Below are positions 54,990 through 64,000 of a stretch of DNA of 64,000 bases, piece after piece (the first letter of the stretch is position 1; the number at the start of each line of letters is the position of its first letter). Origin of the DNA: Eledone cirrhosa (lineage: Eukaryota); assembly GCA_964016885.1 (NCBI GenBank), contig OZ024740.1:156612001-156676000 (forward strand). Reading direction: 5' to 3'. The translations under genes and the position numbers were made by a program. The notes under the pieces were generated by a model, which worked only from the letters and a program-made list of their open reading frames with translations, searched no databases and was not told the DNA's origin.

Positions 54990-55465
54990 GGGGGGGGGAG
55001 GATGTTTGCTGAGAGGTTAACAGATCCATTTGGATGTGGTTTTAAACAGTTCCATAAATATACGCAGCTGTGCAGTTCTCAATATTCTGTGATAGATGGA
55101 TGATTTCCATATTAACAACACGTCTTTTGATCGAGAAGTGTTGTACATTGAAAATAGAATAGATAGAGTGAGAATGTATACACCTATAAATCTTATATTC
55201 TCTTTATTCTGTCTTCTTTTTTTATTCCTCTGTCTCTCTTTTGCTTTTTCTTTCTGAAGCGAATAAAATGCTCATTGAATTATAGATAATTAATTATATT
55301 GCAAGATGTTGCTGCAAATTACGTAATATTTTGGTGAATACACAACCACGTGTTGTAGGTTAGTCCCACTGCGTGGCACCTTGGCAAGCAACTTCTACTA
55401 TAGCATATAAATAATGATTGATAAAATTAGGTAAAGTACACCTGGAAATAGAACATTTTGAAAAA

Positions 55466-55538
55466 GGCGCCTGTGATGAATCGAACCTCGCGTCTCTTAA
55501 ACACAAAATGAGTGCGTTAACCACTATGCTAAACAGCC
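55466..55538 (-). pseudogene. Degenerate tRNA-like sequence or SINE head
   Basis: 73 nt with A-box TAGCATAGTGG and B-box GGTTCGATTC. Acceptor and anticodon stems pair poorly. Confidence 0.5.
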
Positions 55539-57228
55539 AGTGACCATCAATTCCAACTATTTAGATTTTAAGTCTGGAGCTATAAGTATAAACAAAGCTT
55601 TTGACTCAAGAATTATTGGGAAATTTCGAAATTTGAAATGTTGCATCCTAACACAAATGACCATACTAATTAATGATCACTATAAGTAATGGTTAAGAAA
55701 ATCAGGTAAAACATCTTGAAAATACCAATCTATATACACGAGTGGGAAAGTGTACGAACAATGTTTTTTTAAATTATAGGGGACAAGGGAAACAAGGGAA
55801 ACTCTGGCATGAGAACATTTTTACTTCGTAAATTAACTGGAAAAAAAGAAAAAATATTGAAAGTTTGTCAAATACTTACACAAATGGAAAAAGAGTAAAA
55901 TAATAAAAGGGATTGGTGAATTCAGACCAGTTGATGAATAATATAGGAAATTACGCCCTGCCATTTTAAGTCTTTTGATATTAAACCTCATGAAACTACC
56001 CCTGGCTCTACGTTTCATATCTGTTGGTTTATAAATGTTCCTTCTTATTTTTAAAAATTAACAATTTTGTGTAAAAATCTTTAAGTTATGCTTAAAAAAA
56101 TCACACGCACACAAAAAAAAACAACAAAAAACAAATCCGACAAAGTTTGCTATATTTTAAAATCCTTTAAAATGTTTGATTATTTTCAAAATTATTTTTA
56201 AAGCTAATGCCATGTGTTTCATTAAGAATACAGTTACAAAACGGTTAAGAAAGACAAGGACATATTCGATAGCGTTTTTCTAGATACTGCGCTGTCTTAA
56301 TGTAAGATGGAATAGTCAGGGATGGAACACCTCTGACCATTGATCTACTCGATCAGAGCTGTCCTGGAACTAAATAATAACAATAACAGAGACAACTATT
56401 CTAGTGGGTTCTACATCAATCACATCACAAATAATCAGTGCATATCCAAACAACGGTGATATTTCCCTCGGCTCCTTAAACAAGTTATATTTATCTAATA
56501 CTTGTTCTACTATTTTCTACTGGTTCTTATATTTTCAATTCATTACTCGTAAACTAGATATCTATGAAAAATGAGAGAGTGGATTGAGATGGAGAAAGAG
56601 AGAGAATTGGTTGGGGATGGTGAAGGAATATATAATCTATACTACATAAATGAAAATAGAAATAATAGAAGGAAAGAAGAAAGAATGGAAAAGAAAGAAA
56701 TAGGTTTTCCTAACTTGACAACCGAGTGTTGACAAAACACTAGTATGCTGAAGATAATGTCATATAAGTTACATATATTACATTTATTTAATAAATGATT
56801 TCTGAAAATAATTCTGATCTGATTGCCGTATCAGCACGGAGAAACTGTTTCTCTCTACAAATAAAGGCCACATTGAAAGCTTCTGTTGGTCTGCAGTGTC
56901 AAAAAAAAAAAAAAAAATCCTTTAGTAGTTTTGGATTCCCTAGGGAGACGAGAGTGCGGTGGTTTCGAACAAAATTCGACGTCGGAATAAAATATATAAA
57001 AACAATTTATGGTAACACTGAACTACGACCATCAGCATTGATAAATTGTTTTCTCTCTTTCACCACTCACTCTCTGTCTCCCTCACACTCCCTTTCGATG
57101 AAGGGCTTTATCGAAACAGCATTAATCTGGGTAGGGGGTTCCAGTATAATATATTAATAAGTATGTATGTGTGTGTGTGCAGGTCTGTCTGTCTGCCTGC
57201 CTGTCTCTCTGTCTGTCTGTATGTATGT

Positions 57229-57301
<73 letters not shown>

Positions 57302-57899
57302 ATGTATATATATATATATATATATACATGCAGCTAGCTAGCTAGCTACATTCCTGATTACAAACAGATAAGTACTCAATGCCAGAGTCAGAGTGTAAAT
57401 AATTTATTCAGTCAGCCAGTACCCAAACTAAGAGGGTGTTCTAGATTTTACCAGGCATGATATCTCGTGCTGAGTTCTTTCGTTATAATAATTTGGAGTA
57501 CTCGCTGAACAATCCCAACGTGAGATATCGTGTCTGGTGAAATAGTGAAACCCTGGCCACCCAACTGCTTTTGGTTTTATCTAACACTCACACAAACAAT
57601 TCACTTTGAGCACCCTTTCTTCCGTTCGTTACAAAGAAAGTCAACTCATTTGACAGAAAGTAACCACACATTTCAAGAAGATTTGAAGAGGAATTGATAC
57701 ATGGTTCACGTATGTCACCAAACTCTTTTGGAACAAAATAAATGTATGTTTTATTATGCTAATAAATTGGTGGGATTCGGATAGTGATTTGTAGCTATTC
57801 TTTAGCCTGTAATAAATAATATAATTTACACTGTTTTGAATCGAATTCTCTTGATTTGACTCATGTAATGTTTTTGACAGTATATTACGTACCTATATA

Positions 57900-59110
57900 A
57901 TTTATGATTTTTACACAGTTATAGCAATCTATAAACAAGATGAGTGACAATATATCACGTAAAGTACTCCCTACATGATCAACAACAACATGGCAGTATC
58001 TTCTATTAAAAACATACCAACCATATCGGGTATTTGAATACGTTAGAAAGGTAAACATGTCATTGAAAGCTCTTTTTGTTGATTCGGATAATACTTTAAT
58101 GCCTATAGAACATAAGGATGAAAACTAGATACAACCAACCACCGCCACACATCAAAGTTTTAGCACCCTTAGAAGCAACCAACTTAGTACACTTAGCTAA
58201 CAACATCAATCTCCATATATACACCAACACATTCCACATTCTGTGCAAAATTCAACTCGACATAAAAAAATTAGAATAACACAAACACATGTCTATTTTC
58301 TGATGAGACGAATATAGGATATGAAGTAGTTCCACAAGAGATAAACAACTATTTAGTGATAACATTACTAAAACCTATAAGAAAACCTCTGCATATTCAT
58401 GTAACGTTAACTACAATGCAAGTGTTATAGCCACTGTGATACATTTAGAGCAGAATGCCAAACGAAGGGTGACACATACCTCACAACTAAGGTTCACAAA
58501 GAAGACTTTGCTACTTGAGATACAGACGAATAAACTAAAGACATAAGAAATATGACTTATAGGTAAAATAAATCTTATGTCAAATGAACAATGTAATTAG
58601 AAGAGCAACTGCATTTAAAAACCAACATGTGCAATATAGATTCTTATAATTCGATATTGTCGACTTCTACTTGTTGAAATTTCATTCTCCACTTAGTAAG
58701 ATCTCAGTGTTCGCTAAAACTATTAAAATGCATGCTAAAAAGAGCCCAGTCTTTGATAAGGCTTCATCCAACACGTACACTTGGTGTAAGTATGGGGTTG
58801 TTAGAGATAGCCGATATATGTGATTTCTTCGGTCTATATATAGTGGATACTTTGAAGTAAACATTACAAAATTCCATCATCGGCTTATATAGCGATGGCG
58901 GATCAGTAAAGACAACAAACGGAACTATGCACATGAGTACATAGACGTAGAAAAGAACTAATCTTCACCTCAGCCTAAAAAATAACTTAACGACTTAAGG
59001 AATGTGAGCTTTATAGATATCGTCTTTAGCTCACCCCACACCATTTAAAAAGTCTATAACAAATCAAGTGAAATACTGACACTATAATTTGCAACTTACC
59101 AACAGTATAT
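57900..59110 (+). mobile_element. Highly decayed Penelope-like RT remnant
   Basis: FDIVDFY at ~58650, GLYSDGG at ~58882 (compare GLYRDDG), VSFIDI at ~59004. No long ORF. Confidence 0.45.
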
Positions 59111-59143
59111 AAAAAAAATTAATATTAGCAGAAGAACCTATAA

Positions 59144-60510
59144 CACCGTGTAACATATGTTTTCTTCCCCGATTATAAATATCATTTCCTGGTTTGGTAT
59201 ATCCCATTATTATACAGAAACACTATTATTTAATCAGAAGTTTGGGTTTGTAGTCAAAAGTTTGATATTTCGAAATTTTCATATTTTTCAAGAAAAAACA
59301 CATTTTTTTAAATTTATCAGTTCATATAATTAAATCAACAGAGTATATATTTATTTTATTACACAAGCTTATCAAAAGCAAACAAGTAAAAACAAATAAC
59401 ACTTATAAAGCAACGTATACACGGCAGAAATGATTTTCGTGGATTTGCGGTTGTAGTCCAGGTCGCATTCCCGCACTAGCCCCCAGATATAGTTCCCCAT
59501 CATTTTTTCATTGTAGTGGCCCTGGTACCTCCGCTCTATCTCTTTCACATCTTGGTGGAATCATTCGCCTTGTTCTTCTGAGTAGGCGTCCATATTGTCC
59601 TTGAATTTTTCCAGGTGAGCGTTCAGCATATGGAGTTTAAGCGATATCCTGCATCCATGGCGCCAAAAACCTTTATCAGATCCTGCACCAGTTGCTGGTA
59701 GTTTTCAGCTCTGTAGTTGCCCAGGAAGCCCTTAACAACTGCCTTGAAACAATTCCATGCTGTTCTCTCAATCCTATTGAGCTTATTGGAGAACTCGGTT
59801 GACTCAAACACCTTCTTTATGTGAGGTCCAACAAAAATTCCACCTTTGATTTTGGCCTCAGATAACTTGGGGAAGAACTCAAGAAGGTACTTAAAAGCGG
59901 CTGATTCTTGGTTGAGAGCCTTCACAAACTGCTTCATCAACCCCGACTTAATGTGCAGTGGCGGCATGATCACAATCCTGGGATCAATCAGTGGCTCCCA
60001 CATGACGTTCCGGGTCCCAACTACAAATTCTGTTCGCTGCTCCCAGTTCTTTCTTTTGTAGTGGTCAGAGGTGGCTCTGCTGTCCCAAAGGCAGAAGAAG
60101 CATTGGAATGTGATAAAGCCTCCTCGGAGTCCAAGCAGGAAAGCCACCATCTTGAAGTCTCCAATGATTTCCCAATTGTACTGGTTGAATTGCAGAGCTT
60201 CCAAGAGGACTTTCACACTGTAGTAATCTTCCTTCAGGCAGACTGAACGAGCTAGGGGCAGTGTTGGGAACTTGTTTCCATTGTGGAGGAGGACAGCCTT
60301 CAAACTTGGAGCTGTCTATAAATAGCCGCCACTCCTTGGGCACAAACGGCACCCTAATAACATCAAACAGTCCAGGCACGTCATGGCAGAAGCAGAGGCC
60401 ATCCCTAAGAGTGTAAAAGCCTGAGAAAGGTTCGTGTCGACTTCTCTGACTTGTCACCTGCACTTCCTCCTTGACCAAGTTACAATGCTTCACTCTGGAG
60501 ACGAATGCTT
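59144..60510 (-). mobile_element. DNA transposon remnant, probably Chapaev3-like (CMC/Transib-related), 5'-truncated
   Basis: EWRLFIDSSK, KAVLLHNGN, IGDFKMVAFLLG, CFFCLWDSR, PPLHIKSGLMKQFVKAL, KIKGGIFVGP; CAC-starting terminus at 59144. Family name is from recall, not from a search. Confidence 0.75.
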
Positions 60511-60699
60511 AAAAGACAACTTACCCTTTATTCAGGGTGCGAAAATCCATTATCAAAAAATCTTTTTAATCCACTTTTTAACAATTTTATACTTTATTGC
60601 ACTTTTATAATTTTCTTTAGGTATTACTCTTTATTTTATCATTTTAATTTAACCTGAAACATATATAAAAAAAATAATTTAACATAAGCAATTTTCTGT

Positions 60700-61040
60700 C
60701 GAGGTTTACTCCCTTAGCCTTTCCCAAGACAGGGTATACCACAAGGCAGCGGTGGTTTTAAAATCAGGGTTCTCCTTCACCTAGATGAGCTACCAACCGA
60801 AGTTGACGAGTTCCATCTGCCCGAAGCAACTTGTTATTGTAAGGCGCCAGTAACCCGCCTTTCGTCCCTTCTCCTGTCTGTTTGAAACAGGACCGCCGGG
60901 CTTAGAGACTAAGCCACACGAGAAGGCCAGGAGCTGGTCTAGGTTGTCAGAGGCTATTTAAGATGCGCGCCGTATGGGGCATTTTGTAGGAAGCGGGAGC
61001 TTATCCCCACTACCACCCGACTTTGCAACCCGTTTCCCCC
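60700..61040 (-). mobile_element. Probable RTE-clade 5' UTR fragment with an HDV-like ribozyme fold (60871-61021)
   Basis: P1 GTCGGGT/GCCCGGC, P2 CTCCTG/CAGGAG, P3 GCC/GGC with a TTCTCG loop, then GG and CAGA. Confidence 0.6.
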
Positions 61041-61465
61041 AGTGTTGGTCTATTCTTTCTCCTATGCTTCGAGCTGTCTTAGCTATGTATGTCTTTGTCA
61101 TGTGTCTGCAGGTACCCTCTGTACATCTGATGCTATAGACTACATTTCTATTTTTACAGTTTATCCGGGGGTTCACTTTACATATAACACATTTGTTATT
61201 AGTACAGTGGGTTTTCTTGAAGGGGTACGTTTTGCTGATCAGGTATTTTTTGGTAGTTCCTGGCTTTTCTACCACTTTAATCTTTAAGTGGGTCTTTCTC
61301 AGGGCCTTTCTACATTGGTTAGCTAATTTACCCCCACGGGTAGCATCCACGAACATGACACTCTGGTATCGCTGGTTGTCGTACCATGAGGTGTCTTTCC
61401 CTATCTTATGTTTAGTCCTATCTAAGCTATTCCATGATTTGCTCCTGTATACAGGAGCAAATCAT
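61040..61465 (-). mobile_element. Penelope-like GIY-YIG fragment, adjoining an oppositely oriented hammerhead-bearing pseudo-LTR (61465-61820)
   Basis: FVDATRGGKLA..IKVVEKPG..CVIC..CKNRNVVYSIRC..TYIAKTARSIGERIDQH. CTGATGA-T-GTTGCA(GATG)TGCAAC-GAAA at 61531-61558. Confidence 0.85.
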
Positions 61466-61819
61466 GGAATAAAATAAAATAAAAATGGCGTAAACACAAC
61501 ACAATAGGAGGAAACATGATAATAGTACCACTGATGATGTTGCAGATGTGCAACGAAATAACTTTTTTAGACTATATATATATATATATTTAAATCTGTA
61601 TTTTTGACCGTTGGTCAGTCAATGATAAACATTGATGGCCAAATGAATTAACTGTGGAGATATAAAAGATGCAGTAGCGAAAAGAAACAAAGCAGTGAAT
61701 GTGTTCAGTTATTATTTCTGGCAATATTATTACTACAATATGACCTGCCCCAAGTATAACAATATTTGTTTCGACCCACGATTTCATATAAAAAACCTCA
61801 CAAAACAAATTCATCGCCG

Positions 61820-61891
<72 letters not shown>

Positions 61892-61944
61892 TATTATATA
61901 TGAAATGTATGTGGCCCAACACAAATTACTATTCTACAGATATT

Positions 61945-63270
61945 AAGATTAAATTTGGGGAGTCCAAATGTGCATAGTTGACAATAAAATGTACAAATGT
62001 TGTTCCCTCCCCTGAAAACCTAATCATGAACGGCCTGATAGAACATCTACAGTCAGGTGACAACTATAGGTATCTTGACCAGGATGAGAATGTCATATAT
62101 GATGTACTCATATTTAAGGAAAGTATCAAGAATGAATACCACAGGAGATTAAAGAGATTATGGTCATCAGAACTCTCAACGTACAATATGCACATTGGCC
62201 ATGATACATCTGTTGTCCCCATCAACACGCCAACAATTAGCCTACGGAACTGGTCATTGCAAGAACTGAGCGAGATGGATGTAAGAACTCGCAAGCTGCT
62301 CAGTGTTACTGGAAACTTTTATATCAATTGTGATATGGATAGGCTGTATTTCTCACACAAGTAGGGCAGCCGGGGCTTAATATTCATATTCATATCATAC
62401 GAGACGCAGATAATAAGACTGCAGCAATATCTTCAACAGAAGAAAAGGTTAGCAGCCATCGAGCTCACGTTTATGAGCATAAAAATAATAATATTGTTGG
62501 GATAGCCACTGATCTAAAATAGACATGAAATAAAACCTGATACAAATCTCTCTCCTAGGATCACTGGAAAACTCTACTCAATGCTCGAACCAAATAAAAA
62601 AGTGGACGAATTCACTGTAATGGTTGTACCTGAGACGAAAGTCACAGAGCATAAAGGGGATAAATCCAACTAAAATTCTGACATGGAGTTCCATAAATTT
62701 TATAAAATGCTACCTTGAAGGAAAGCCACCTGCAACCCAAGAAAAGGAAGTCCTCATGAAGTACCCACTGTGAAAGAATGCTTTTCGTTACTACGTCTCC
62801 ATGAGGCATGATGTGATAGCTAGAACGATCTGGGATACATTACGGAAGACGAAAATCAAATCAAATAGATGATGACTCACAGGAATACTGGCGGAAACTA
62901 AAAATAAAACCTCAAACAAATTAATGCACAACCACCCTGATATTATTTTTTCGGACCACAAAAATATGCTTTGTTGTAGAAGTCAAAGCTACCAACTCTA
63001 TGTCAATGTGGCCTGAAAACTGCAAGAGGGGGAGGATATATTCGAACCATTGATGAGGAGTTTGCAGATCCAATATCAATGATACACGTTCAGCTTCATA
63101 CTCGTTATTATTGGGGCTACAGGCAATATATCAACTTGCTTAGACCAAAGTATAACTGGACTTGAATTTGTGGAGAAAGAACGTAGATCCTCAATTCACA
63201 AGCTACACATAGCCTCGATATCTGGAACGTGTAAAATCTGTAAAACATTCTCACGATCCAAAGAATGAAC
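61945..63270 (+). mobile_element. Decayed R4-like RLE retrotransposon 3' part (third family)
   Basis: YRYLDQDEN..EYHRRLKRLWSSELS..MDVRTRKLL..DMDRLY; RHDV at ~62805, HNHPDII at ~62927, VIIGATG at ~63105. Confidence 0.75.
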
Positions 63271-64000
63271 ACTTACACAAGAGATTACGACAATTTCCTT
63301 TTCTTTACAACCTTGCTATCAACAATAAACACAAAATTAAGAGAGAGAACATGCATACATACATAAATCACACGTACATAGACAATATATAATGCATAAT
63401 AAGCTGTATCTTTTCAATATATAAATAACTCATCATGGTGCACTTCTATAGATTGATACGGCGTGCCAAAAAATTCGATTTATTTCCACCAAAGCAGGAT
63501 AAGTATTAGGCAATCTTTTCAAACGAAATATTAATGGACATCTAATTTGATATTTACTATTGTCAGAAGTTAAATTTATGATGTGATATTTTAAAATACA
63601 TCTCAATAAAATCCATTCTATCTTGAAGCAAAAACAATGCATAGTCTTCTTGTGTAATGTTCGTAGAATATATTATAAGGGCGAAAAATTGGGTGTGTCG
63701 GATGGAAAAGATTGTTTCAGTATTTGTTCCGGCTCAATGCACTCACAGCTCAAATCTTTCCGAGGTCAAGTTTGCCTTTAATATTTTTCTATAAAGTAGT
63801 AGTCCAGTAGTGTTTTTGGTTCTTCCCCCTCTCGCCTGCTCTCCCTCATCCTTTCTCTGGAAGAAATCGGTGTTATTCTTCTGACCTGATATATGTAATG
63901 TATATGCCGGCGTACAAGTCTACATTTGGAGCCTAAAGATATCTCTCCAAAACCAGGAGTCGACTTGTCCGCCGAATATAAAATGTGAAACTTTACCACT

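Noticed and set aside
55466-55538. Functional tRNA gene
   Set aside because: Acceptor and anticodon stems do not pair properly. Kept only as a tRNA-like remnant.

Overview
AT-rich eukaryotic (animal) DNA made almost entirely of transposable elements and microsatellites. I found no host protein-coding gene, rRNA, CRISPR array or prokaryotic feature. The SINE family and the dense (TA)n/(AAT)n tracts would fit a cephalopod-type genome, but this is unverified. From 6.4 to 34.2 kb lies an array of non-LTR retrotransposons separated by (AAT)n tracts. It holds three copies of an R4/Dong-like family A (one with an uninterrupted 1123-aa ORF), two copies of a divergent R4/Dong-like family B, and antisense Tx1/L1-like elements. 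Elsewhere are at least seven Penelope-like (PLE) fragments, many tRNA-derived SINE copies, RTE, mariner and Chapaev3-like remnants, and a ~580-bp tandem array. The most notable signals are about ten hammerhead-ribozyme motifs (some in ORF-less fold-back or direct-repeat mini-elements), an HDV-like ribozyme fold, a 5' leader shared by two divergent R4 families, and an in-frame TAG shared by both family B copies. Boundaries were read by eye and are approximate.
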